DNA of 33,476 nt, taken from the NCBI RefSeq assembly GCF_001194135.2, contig NC_069005.1:20442887-20476362 (forward strand). Reading direction: 5' to 3'. The number at the start of each line of letters is the position of its first letter. Within the stretch, counting starts at the first letter, position 1. The stretch is from Octopus bimaculoides. Lineage: Eukaryota. The notes under the pieces were generated by a model. That model did no database searches and was not told the DNA's origin. It worked only from the letters and a program-made list of their open reading frames with translations. A program made the translations under genes and the position numbers. Of the stretch, positions 1 through 12,400 are shown one piece after another.

Positions 1-41
<41 letters not shown>

Positions 42-482
42 AAATATATAGTTTATTTAGAGCTTGTTAATGTTAACAATAACTCACATTAATATACAGA
101 TAGGAAGATGTGCTTGTTGTGAGCTATATTCAAAATAATATTTTTATGGAGGCAACACAGGCGAAGTCTGAAAGAACATAATTAAAATACATATTCGAAA
201 CTTATATAAATTTATATAAAGATTCCAGAATACATAAATATATATGAATAGACAAATGTTGATGTGATACATAAAACACAATTTAATTTAATAAAAAAAA
301 CGATTGAATTTAAGAAAAATCTCTTTTGTATGTACATTTAAAATTATAATACTTTAGTATGATGAAATTAAAAATTTTTCTCGAGAGAATTAAGTATTAA
401 AGAGACAGAAAGAAAAAATATAAAAATCACATCTACAGGCCGTTTCAGAGATGTGCCAAGGAATTTGACATATTTCATATTA

Positions 483-598
483 TTAATCATGGCACTCCCC
501 TCATCAGAATGTTATACAAAGTTCGTAGACACATTTACATACCAGGACCGGTTAACCGTCAATGTGTAACATCCTGATGAGGGGAGTGCCATGGTTAA
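483..598. repeat. 36-bp inverted repeat with 44-bp spacer
   Basis: 483-518 and 563-598 are reverse complements with 3 transition mismatches. Confidence 0.9.
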
Positions 599-1425
599 AG
601 CTGACAGTAATTTGAATAGTGCCAAATACATCCAATTGCTGAAGGACAATTTGATACCAGACTTGGATGAAGGTGAGTCATTTCAGCATGATGGGGCTCC
701 ATGCCACAAGTCATGTGCAACACAATAGAGTCTTGCTGATGAAGGTGTTACCATATTGAAAGATTGACCATCTCAGAGCCCTGACTTAAATATCATCAGG
801 CAATATGGAGCTATGGCAAAGAATGAATCAAGTTTCGATTAGGGAGCAAATATTTAAAAAAAAGTGGAAGTGGATTGGTAGCGCAATTAGAAAGGACACA
901 CCAAATGTAGCGAAAAGTGCTTTACAATGGAATCCGGATGGATATAGAAAGAGGGGTAGGCCTAAGACCTCATGGCGTAGATCAACACAAAAGGAACTAG
1001 AGAAAGGGGGACATTCATGGCAGAGTATAAGTACAGAAGCGAGAAATTATGTGACATGGAATTCAATTATAAGTGGCCTATACTCCGCGTTGGAGGGTTA
1101 AAAGCAAGAAAGAAAGAAGAAATATGGACAGAACTAGAGAGGAGAGATCATCTGAAAAATCTACACAATCTTGAAGAGTTGTGGGAGCTCAGCCACAGAG
1201 AATGGTATCTCATACCTGTGAAGATGGTGAAGGATTTGTACACATCTCTTTCCAGGTGCATTGAAGCAATTATTCAAACCAAGGGAAGCCATACAAAATA
1301 ACAATGTACAGTAGCTTCTTGAAAGGAACATTAAGTAATAAATTTTTATTATAGACATTTTAATGTTTTAAAACATTGTATCATGATTGGTTTATGTGAG
1401 GTGGCCGAAAACTTTTGCACAGCTA
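563..1425 (+). mobile_element. Tc1-family DNA transposon relic (transposase 3' half plus right TIR), interrupted by an RTE insertion
   Basis: Translation gives LNSAKYIQLLKDNL...FQHDGAPCH...*PSQSPDLNII, then after the insert EIWTELER...LSRCIEAIIQTKGSHTK*, with in-frame stops. A TIR-like ggtggccgaaaacttttgcacagcta lies at 1400-1425. Confidence 0.88.
810..1120 (+). mobile_element. 5'-truncated RTE-clade LINE
   Basis: KWKWIGSAIRK...ALQWNPDGYRKRGRPKTSWRR is typical of the RTE ORF2 C-terminus. An (AAG/AAAG) tail is present and the TSD aatatgga occurs at 802-809 and 1121-1128. Confidence 0.88.
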
Positions 1426-1897
1426 TTTTTGGTGATTGTCTCACATGTTCCCCTCTCATTCAGAACCCCTACTACAAAATATAATGATTAGGTATGGAAA
1501 TGACTCCAACAGGACCAGTGTTTCATCTGTAAAAAATGCAATGTGAAACCTCCACTTATAAGTTTGCAATTAGTAGAAATTTACAATAGTTTTAAGTGGT
1601 CAAAGACTTTTGCATGATACTGTATATATATGCATGAATAAGCATATGCATAAATATATGTATGTATATATATATATATATATAAACAGTAACATCCACC
1701 CCTCGGGGTCAGCCACATTTAAGTGGCAAATATACTTCACTTTATCGTGCAGTTACTGTTAATACCTCGTATATATATATATATATATATATAAATACAT
1801 ATATGTATATATTTTGTAAATGTACACTTTACAAAACAGCCTATTCCTATAGAACATTATATCTAACCCTTTATTTGGTAATACTTATTTCTTTCAG

Positions 1898-1946
1898 GTC
1901 GATCGAAAATTATTTACTGAGCATGTTGTATCAGAGTGGGAACATC
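1898..1946 (+). CDS. TCHP: TCHP exon a (partial; 3' end lost in the N gap), VDRKLFTEHVVSEWEH
   Basis: Acceptor ttatttctttcag ends at 1897. The peptide resembles the recalled human segment LHQKHVVNSWEMQ. No donor is visible because the gap covers 1947-1974. Confidence 0.7.
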
Positions 1947-2095
1947 NNNNNNNNNNNNNNNNNNNNNNNNNNNNCATTCATTTGCTGAAGCATTGTCCCT
2001 TCCTCTCTTTATCTCATCCTAAAAAACACACTCACCAACTAAACTCTCTTCTGAACATTCTACCTAGTTCTAAATTACTGCGCGCGCATGTGCGT

Positions 2096-2130
<35 letters not shown>

Positions 2131-3758
2131 ATCATCATTATCATTTTACATCTATTTTTTTCTTCTCAATGCTGGTATGGTTTGAATAGATCTCAAAATG
2201 TCTCTATCATCCAGCACATACACAACAACAGAGAAAACTAGTCAACTTAGTTGTGTATATCTTACAATGTAGACTGGATGCATTTTATCATGCTTCCAGC
2301 TCTGAAGAAGTTGTCTTGTGGAATTGATATCATTTGGTAGACACAAACATTCCTTTTTGCTCAAAAGTTATCAGCCTTACCTCTAACAGTTACCATATTT
2401 ATTGGTTAATAAGATGTACTCTTATTTTCCAAGTATATTTGTGGAAGGAAAAGCAACTTTACTGTGTTTGATCATACATATTTTGAAAGTTAGACTATCT
2501 TTCTTAACCATTTAGTATTTAAACTGGCCATATCTGGCCCAAATATTCTGTTTTACATCCAAACCAGCCAGATCTGGCCTCTCGCATCTACCCTACAATG
2601 TCATTGTAATAATAAGCCATCACATCATCAAAATCTCAAAGCTACAAGATGATGCATGATTAATTCAAAACAATGTGAGTAAATAAGCAATACATCTGTC
2701 AGAATAATGTGAATGCTAAAGGGTTTAGCCCTAATAGTCTTATTCCCTGCTGTTCCATCCATCCTGTATTTGAATATTTTATTATTAATTTAGTTGTATT
2801 ACATTTGACACTGCAATTACTGTATTTACATGTCTTTTCAATAATGCGAAAAATAATCCAATTTTTGTTAACTTTTCATTTTTCCATTCTTTTTCTTTAT
2901 CCACACTCCTTTCCATATTGTCTGTCTCTCTCTATTATTAATTGTCTTGTTAATATACAAGTTTGCTTCTGTTGAATTCCAGCCACCACAGCCAGTTATA
3001 TATGTATATATATATTTAAATTCAGTCATGTTTTCGTTTTGGAGAGAATTGAAATAAAGCTTTCACTTTCTGTTATTGTAGTAGTAACTATGGAAGACTG
3101 GTGGGATTATTATTTGTATGGACTTAAAGATTGGTCGTTATTTAGTATATAATTTAGTCATTGTAGGTTATTATTAATTCCGATACAGATATACATAGAA
3201 TTATGTATTTCTTGTTGTAGTTTGATTTTAAAGTTAGAGTTTAATCCTGCCCATATTTGATTGAATACTGTTGTACATAGGGTAAATGTGTTTGAAAGTT
3301 GTGTGTTTTGTTTTTTGGTATGTTTGTTCCCAAACAGCACTTCTTTTAGTGCTGTTGACACTGCCGGATTGAACGATAGTGCCCAGATGTCGAAATCATA
3401 ATGATATCAGTGGGGCAGCTGATGATGGAGGTATGTTGGATTGTTGGTACGGGTGTGTTTTGTATATGTGGAATAGTGTTATAACACATCCTTTTGATAT
3501 GTATGTATGTATGTATGTATGTAATGTATGTAATGTATGTATGTATGTATGTATGGAGGCGCAATGGCCCAGTGGTTAGGGCAGCAGACTTGCAGTCATA
3601 GGATCACGGTTTCGATTCCCAGACCGGGCGTTGTGAGTGTTTATTGAACGAAAACATCTAAAGCTCCACGAGGCTCCGGCAGGGGATGGTGGCGAACCCT
3701 GCTGTACCCTTTCACCACAACTTTCTCTCACTCTTACTTCCTGTTTCTGTTGTGCCTG

Positions 3759-3803
<45 letters not shown>

Positions 3804-5741
3804 TAGACTATTCTTTTCCTTTTCTCTGGACCTTCCTTTCCTCTTTCTGTTACCCATCTTTTCTTCATCTTAAACTGAGAATCAACTTCATACATTCACT
3901 GTGGGCTTCATTTTGACTTTTGTTGTTTTTATTTTTATTTTCATTTTTGATCTCCCTGTATATATCATCATCATCATCATTATCATCATTTAACATCTGC
4001 TTTCCATGCTGGCATGGGTTAGATGGTTTGATTGGAACTGGTAAACAGAAGGGCTGCACCAGGTTCCAGTCTGATTTGGTATGGTTTCTATGGCTGGATG
4101 CCCTTCCTAATGCCAACCACTCTGTGAGTGTAACAGGTGCTTTTTTACGTACCACTGGCACAGGTGCCATTTACATGACACTGGTAATGGCCATGACTAT
4201 GATTTCACTTGGCTTGACAAGTCTTCTCAAGCACAGCATATCGCCAAAGGTCTCGATCTCTTGTCATCACCTCTGTTAGGCCCAGGATTGAAGATCGTGC
4301 TTCACCACCTTGTCTCCTGTCTTCCTGGGTCTACCACTTCCACAGGTTCCCTCCACAGTTAGAGCTTGGCACTTCTGATAGATCGCTAACCACTACACAC
4401 ATTTTTTTTCTCTCCTTGTTTCTTTCTGTGTTCCTTTCTGTGGAAGAGCATAGGCTCGAAATGTTAAAGACTTTTTCAATTCCCGAGCATTATACCAATA
4501 CATCTATTTGTTTTCTACACCACCTGTTAGTGTATTATGCTTATTATATTGTTGTGAACATCACTTCCACAGATTCCATTCAATTTAAGTACATCTATCA
4601 TCTTTGATTTGCATTACATGTCCCATACCATTCATTTGTCTCTTTTGCACACCATGTATGAACCATCTATTAATCAGGTTATCCTCTCAATGCATTAATA
4701 CTATCATTCATACATTGTACGTCCGGTGAAACATATTTGCTTTATTTCTTTCTAGTTTTTGTAAAACTTTGAGTTGTTTTAACAAGGATTTCTTGTTTTT
4801 TTTTTTTCCTCTCACAACCACTACAGCAAGTGGAAGAGAAGGCAAAAGAAGAAGAGACCTACAGGCAACAAATGGAGGAGGCAATGAAGGCTGCAGCCAA
4901 GAAAGAGCAGATGGAGCAGGAGAAGAGGATTGAGCAACAGAAGTCTTTGCAAGAAATACTGAAGCAGCAGGTGGAAGAACTGAAAAGAAAAGAGGAAGAG
5001 GTGAGGTCTTATAGGGATCCATAGTCAGAGATGTGTGGAGGCGCAATGGCCCAATGGTTAGGGCAGTGGACTCGCGGTCATAGGATCGCGGTTTCGATTC
5101 CCAGACCGGGCGTTGTGAGTGTTTATTGAGCGAAAACACCTAAAGCTCCACGAGGCTCCAGCAGGGGGCAGTGGCGAACCCTGCTGTACTCTTCCACCAC
5201 AACTTTCTCTCACTCTTTCTTCCTATTTCTGTTGTGCCTGTAATTCAAAGGGTCGGACTTGTCACACTGTGTCACGCTGAGTATCCCCGAGAACTATGTT
5301 AAGGGTACACATGTCTGTGGAGTGCTCAGCCACTTGCATGTTAATTTCACGAGCAGGCTGTTCCGTTGATCGGATCAACCCTCGTCGTTGTAAGCGACGG
5401 AGTGCCAACAAACAGTCAGAGATGTATCTATTTTGCTATTCACGTAGGTGTTTGTCTTGATTTGTTCTTTTTTATGCTTACTTCCTCTTTCATGGCTGAA
5501 AGTGAATGAGAAGTTGGTGTTTTCAGGTGTGTGTTCTTCTTCATCGTTTCTTTTCTTTTCTTTCAGTCATAAGATTGTGGTTATGCTGTGGCACTGCATT
5601 CAACGGGTTTAGTCAAGCAATTTATTTTTTTTTTTTTAAGTCAGGTACTTTTTCAATGGGTCTCTCTATCCCAACTGCTAAGTTATGGGGACATAAACAA
5701 ATCAACACTAGTTGTCAACAGTGGCAGAGTTGGGGACAAAC

Positions 5742-5791
<50 letters not shown>

Positions 5792-6401
5792 NNNNNNNNN
5801 NNNNNNNNNNNNNNNNNNNNNNNNNNNNNNNNNNNNNNNNNNNNNNNNNNNNNNNNNNNNNNNNNNNNNNNNNNNNNNNNNNNNNNNNNNNNNNNNNNNN
5901 NNNNNNNNNNNNNNNNNNNNNNNNNNNNNNNNNNNNNNNNNNNNNNNNNNNNNNNNNNNNNNNNNNNNNNNNNNNNNNNNNNNNNNNNNNNNNNNNNNNN
6001 NNNNNNNNNNNNNNNNNNNNNNNNNNNNNNNNNNNNNNNNNNNNNNNNNNNNNNNNNNNNNNNNNNNNNNNNNNNNNNNNNNNNNNNNNNNNNNNNNNNN
6101 NNNNNNNNNNNNNNNNNNNNNNNNNNNNNNNNNNNNNNNNNNNNNNNNNNNNNNNNNNNNNNNNNNNNNNNNNNNNNNNNNNNNNNNNNNNNNNNNNNNN
6201 NNNNNNNNNNNNNNNNNNNNNNNNNNNNNNNNNNNNNNNNNNNNNNNNNNNNNNNNNNNNNNNNNNNNNNNNNNNNNNNNNNNNNNNNNNNNNNNNNNNN
6301 NNNNNNNNNNNNNNNNNNNNNNNNNNNNNNNNNNNNNNNNNNNCCTCCTTCCCTTTCTTTCTTTCTTTCTTTCTCTTTCCTTCCTTCCTTCCTTCCTGCC
6401 T

Positions 6402-6437
<36 letters not shown>

Positions 6438-9400
6438 TCCTTCCTTCCTTCCTTCCTTCCTTCCTTCCTTCCTTCCTTATAATATATTATTGTGATCGAC
6501 AAGAAAATAACATTTTAATATTCATTCTTTACATCTTCTATATTTGTCAATCTATTTATCTGTCTATTCACATTGACAAATACATTGATGGGTTGACAGT
6601 GGAAAGTTGGCTTACATAAAATAGATATAACAATAAACTTATCATAGAAAGCAGAGAAGGCAAAATATGGATCAAAGGGAATACAGTGAATATTTATGAG
6701 AGATAAGAGATTGTGTTTGAGATAGAATAGAAAATGAAGACGAGAGAAAACATCAAAAAAAAAAACTGTAAACGTATGGTTGAAAGTTACATGAATATTC
6801 TCTGTTATCATTGTGAAGCTTTTAGATGATAAATGAATGTTTGAACTACTGAGAAAATGGGCAAGCCATGTTCCCCCACTCACAGCCTTATTCAGAAGAA
6901 CTGAAAGGTGTTTTTTAATGAAAAAGTATACAATTTCAAATAAAACACTAATTTTTATGTTCTCTATAAACTTTCAACCATCTAAAACATTTTGTATTTA
7001 CCATGGAATCTTCTTGGGTACACTAGTTAAATATAATGTATTAAGTTATTAACTATAACATACCATTTATACTTTTTACTTGTTTCAGTCATTAGACTGT
7101 GGCCATGCTGGAGCACCACCTTGAGGTACTACTTATTTTTGCCAACTGAGTAGACGTGAAATAAAGTGTCTTGCTCAAGGACACAATACACTGCCAGGTA
7201 TTGAACTCACAGCCTTATATTTGTGAGCTGAATAACCTAACTACTAAGCCACATGCCTTCACATATTTTAGTAATTAAAAATTTGATTTACATTTTTTTT
7301 TATTTCTTTAATAATTAATATTTTTACTGTAACAATTACATCAAAGCAGTCTGATTGGCAGAATTGTTAAAGTATGAAACAATGTAAAGCCATTTATGTT
7401 CTGAATTCAAATGACACCCAGGTGAACTTTGCCTGTCAGTCTTCCAACTACTGGAGTCAATAGAGTCAACTATGTTCTCTCTCTCTCTCTCTCTCTCTCC
7501 AAGTTTGACATCTTGTGCCTACCCATGTGAAAAATTAATATTTATAACTACTTTTTCACAATAAATGTAATTATGTTTTTCCATGTTGTTAATTAAATTT
7601 TCATTAAAGAAGTCTAGTTGAATTACACTTAATTCAATGTTATCTTCTAACATAAGAAGGATCCCTGCTCTTTTATTAGAACATTATTTTGATTGTCTCA
7701 TTAAGTTTTTTTCTCGCTAATCATAATTGGTCATCTAAGGTAGCAAGCTAGAAGAATTGTTACCATGCCAGACAAAATGCTTAGTGGCATTTCGTCTGTC
7801 TTCATGTTCAGACTTCAAATTCTGCCAGGGTCGACTTTGCCTTTCATCCTTTTTGGGGTCGATAAAATTAAGTACCACTTGAGTACTGGGGTCAATGTAA
7901 TCGACTTACTCCCTCCCTCCCTCGGAATTGTTGGCCTTGCACCAAAATTTGAAATCAGTCTTAACTGGTTATCGCCTGTGTTGAGTTCCATATGAAAACT
8001 TATTGTGTTTCAGGCTGCAGAACTTCAGGAACAACAGGCCAAGGTAGAGCAGGAGAAATACCAGATGGAAGTTCTGGAAAACGAGCGTAGGAAAATGGAA
8101 GAGAGGAGGAAAAAGCGAGACTTTGGGTGAGTCTCTTTTTACCGCATTACCATCACCATCACCATCATTAACACCACTATGCACCACCACTGTATGCACC
8201 ACCACCACTGCCATCAACATTACTATTATCACTGCAACCATTACAACTGTCACTACTATTTGCCTATCATTTCACCACTAGCTCTTACATCCTTAATCCT
8301 ATCATTACCTCCATAATCATTTTCATCGTCATCTCTCATCATCATCATCACCACCACACCCTCCTGATCTTTATCATGATGATTATTGATGATGACCATC
8401 ACCACTACTTTTATTTCTTTCCTGCTCCACCCAATCACTCCCAGCCTCTCTTCCAAAACTCGAGTAATTATGTGGCTCCTCTACAGCAAAAAATCTCTTC
8501 TGCTCTTATGTACTTTGACACACCCTCACTCTTCTTGCATAAAACTTCTCCCCTTGAGGTTCAAAATCTTACAAATCAACAATGACTGTGATGTTAACAG
8601 ACCATATGGAATCCAAAGCCGGTGTGTCTTGATCACCACACATCTGCTTTCTTTACTCATTGTAGTGGTTTCCAATGTAAGGGGTTTCACTATAATTCTG
8701 AAAGGTTTGTGAAGAAAAGATCCTTTACTTTTGAAATAGTCTATTTTAAAACATAAAATGTTAATGAATATCATCGTCATCATTTAACGTCCATTTTCCA
8801 TGCTGGCATGGGTTGGATGGTTTGACAGGATCCAATAAGCTTAAAGCTTGCCTTGTACTCCAGAGTCTGTTTTGACATGGTTACTGTATACCCCTTCCTG
8901 ATGCCAACCACTTTACAGCATACGCTGGGTGCTTATTTCATGCCACGAGAATTAGTGAGGTTGCCATGCTTGTATGCACACTAACCTTCCTGAGATTCCA
9001 TTGCACTTCTTATGTTTCAACACATGTATGCCTGCATGCATTTATGCATGCATGCACGCTAACCTTCCTCTGATTCAACTACACCTGTTATGCTTCCATG
9101 CATGCATGCTAACCTTCCTGTGATTCCACTACACCTATGTTTCCAGGCATATGCATGCACAAACTTGCACACAGACTAATTTTCTTGTGATTTCCACACA
9201 TGCACACTCGCATGCATGTACAAGCGCTAACTTTCCTGTGATTCAACTACACCTCCTATGTTTCCTTGCATGCATGCCTGACCACCAATCTGTCTGAATG
9301 CATGCTCACCTGTACACACACGTGCACGCAGGCATGCTAGCCATCCTGTGACTCCAGTATACCTCTTATGTTTCCACACACGCACGCCTGTCTGCCTTCA

Positions 9401-12400
9401 GTCATGAATTTATGCAAGCATGCATACATGCACTTATGCACATACACACACACACATGGTAACCTCCCTGCCATTCAACTATACCTTATGTTTCCATACC
9501 AGCACACATGCTGGCATGCAGTTAGGTGCGTCCACATACACGCTAGTCTTCCTGTTATTCAACTACACCTGTTATGTAAGTACCTTGAGAGAAAAGTTGA
9601 ACCTAAGAAGCATCAGTTGTGGTGTGCAAGAGAGACGATTGTGCTGGTATGGTCAAGTGGTGAGAATGGATGAGGATAGCTGTGTGAAAAAGTGCTACAT
9701 CCTAGCGGTTGAGGAAACCTGTGGAAGAGGTAGATCCAGGAAGACCTGGGATGAGGTGGTGAAGCACGACCTCTGAACATTAGGCCTCACCGAGGCAATG
9801 ACTTCTGACTGAGACCTTTGGAAATATGCTGTGCGTGAGAAGACCCAGCAAGCCAAGTGAGACCAAACTCCAAGGCCTCTGCCTGGGATGTAGCCAGCCC
9901 ACTTACGCGTAACATTCCTTCTTTGGACACTAAACTCTGCTTGCGAAGACCTGTTGAGGCAAGTGAAATCGAACTCAAACTAAATTTGACGACTGGCCCC
10001 CATACCAACGTCTCCTCCATTGGACACTAAACTCTGCTTGTGAAGAACTGTNNNNNNNNNNNNNNNNNNNNNNNNNNNNNNNNNNNNNNNNNNNNNNNNN
10101 NNNNNNNNNNNNNNNNNNNNNNNNNNNNNNNNNNNNNNNNNNNNNNNNNNNNNNNNNNNNNNNNNNNNNNNNNNNNNNNNNNNNNNNNNNNNNNNNNNNN
10201 NNNNNNNNNNNNNNNNNNNNNNNNNNNNNNNNNNNNNNNNNNNNNNNNNNNNNNNNNNNNNNNNNNNNNNNNNNNNNNNNNNNNNNNNNNNNNNNNNNNN
10301 NNNNNNNNNNNNNNNNNNNNNNNNNNNNNNNNNNNNNNNNNNNNNNNNNNNNNNNNNNNNNNNNNNNNNNNNNNNNNNNNNNNNNNNNNNNNNNNNNNNN
10401 NNNNNNNNNNNNNNNNNNNNNNNNNNNNNNNNNNNNNNNNNNNNNNNNNNNNNNNNNNNNNNNNNNNNNNNNNNNNNNNNNNNNNNNNNNNNNNNNNNNN
10501 NNNNNNNNNNNNNNNNNNNNNNNNNNNNNNNNNNNNNNNNNNNNNNNNNNNNNNNNNNNNNNNNNNNNNNNNNNNNNNNNNNNNNNNNNNNNNNNNNNNN
10601 NNNNNNNNNNNNNNNNNNNNNNNNNNNNNNNNNNNNNNNNNNNNNNNNNNNNNNNNNNNNNNNNNNNNNNNNNNNNNNNNNNNNNNNNNNNNNNNNNNNN
10701 NNNNNNNNNNNNNNNNNNNNNNNNNNNNNNNNNNNNNNNNNNNNNNNNNNNNNNNNNNNNNNNNTATATATAAATGGTTGTCCAAAAAGTTTTCATATAT
10801 CAGAAAAAGAGATACTCGTATATTAAGTAATAGAAGGGATATAATTTTATACTACTATTTATACAATATTTTAGTTTCATAACAGCAAATGTTTGTTATC
10901 GATTGGTTTCATGCTGAAAACCTTCCAGAAGTGAAGAGGTGAATTGCTGGTTGGAAAAGTATAGAAATATAAAAAAAACACAGCCAAACTCAAATTCATG
11001 TTCTAATAGAATTATCTTTCTTACTTTTTCAGACGTGTGTTACTAAGACAACATAAAACCCAAATGCAATGTCAAGCAAGGAAAGTACAGCAAGAATTGG
11101 TAAGAAACTTTCTAGATTGTTTTGTGGGTTTATGTGATATGGCTGCATTTGTTCACCCACCACTGCTTGACAACCAGTGTTGGTTTGTTTTATGTCACCG
11201 TGACTTAGCAGTTCAGCAAAAGAGAATGATAGAATAGATATGAGGCTTAAAAAAAAAAGAGTGTACTGGGGGTTGATTTGTTTGACTAAAATTCTTCAAG
11301 GTGGTGCTCCAGCATGGCAGAAGTCTAATGACTGAAACAAAGGAAAATTATCTTTTACTTATCATTAGATTGTGACCATACTGGGGCACCACCTTGAAGA
11401 ATTTCAGTCAAATGAATTGACCCCAGTACATTTTGTTAAAGCCTGGTGTCTATTCTGTTTGTCTCTTTTGCTGAACTGCTAAGTTATGGGGACATAAAAC
11501 CAACCCCAGTTGTCAAGTGGTGTTGGGGGACAAAAACAAGCACATACACACTATGATCATGATCGTCATCATCATCATCATCATCATCATCAACATCATC
11601 ATCATCATCATCATCAATATCTGTTTTCCATGCTGGCATGGGTTAGACAGTTTGACTGGAGCTGGCAAACCAGAGAGCTGCATCAGGTTCCACTGTCTGC
11701 TTTGGCTGGATGCCCTTCCTATGGTCAACCACTTTACAGAGTGAACTGGGTACTTTTGTGTGGCACCAGCAGGGTTGCTAAGTAACATGTGAGACAAAGA
11801 CCTCTCTGCTGGAAGAGGGAGTGGAGCCAAGGAAAGTGGCTTTGTCCCAGAGGAGAGGTTAAAGTATAATAGACGGATAAAGAGAGTTGTCTTACTATAG
11901 AAGAGATGCTTGTCTACTCCGGCAAGAAAAGACAGGAGAGGAAGGAGAGAGTAGAGAGAAAGATAGATAGACAGGAGAGGAAGGAGAGAGTAGAGAGAAA
12001 GATAGATAGACAGGAGAGGAAGGAGAGNNNNNNNNNNAGGAGAGAGTAGAGAGAAAGATAGATAGACAGGAGAGGAAGGAGAGAGTAGAGAGAAAGATAG
12101 ATAGACAGGAGAGGAAGGAGAGAGTAGAGAGAAAAATAGATAGACAGACAGTGAGAGAAATGTTGGAGATGCATCAGGACCTACCCACGGGGAACATTAT
12201 GGGAGTATAAGTGCTACAGAGGGGATAGAGGGTGGATGTTCCATAAGAGCGTGAAGGGAGATGTTTAGAGATGAGGGAGAGGTGGCTGTGGCAAATGATG
12301 GTGAAAGATATTGGAGGGACTGGGACAGGGATGTGGTAGTTGTGTGGTGTGAGGACATGGAGAGTGTATGGATAGGCACACGAGGGAGAATGGTTTGGTC

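Noticed and set aside
574-760. Hammerhead cores at CTGATGA 574, 736 and minus-strand 507
   Set aside because: No properly placed stem II and GAAAC; they fall within transposase-derived sequence.
805-1301. Host genes in ORFs 805-1101 and 1017-1301
   Set aside because: Explained by the RTE insertion and the Tc1 transposase tail.
1685-1771. Tiny MITE (9-bp inverted aacagtaac/gttactgtt) between TA tracts
   Set aside because: The arms are too short and there is no second copy in the window.
3555-3630. tRNA gene (also 5035-5110)
   Set aside because: A and B boxes are present, but the sequence continues into a shared SINE body with a TSD at one copy and has no clean cloverleaf or terminator.
5588-6619. 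Long ORFs spanning N runs (also 9975-10882 and 22488-23296)
   Set aside because: Artefacts of gaps translated as X.
8980-9577. CRISPR array
   Set aside because: Spacers are low-complexity and vary about 8-fold in length, repeats are degenerate, there are no cas genes, and the context is a eukaryotic intron. Kept only as a minisatellite.
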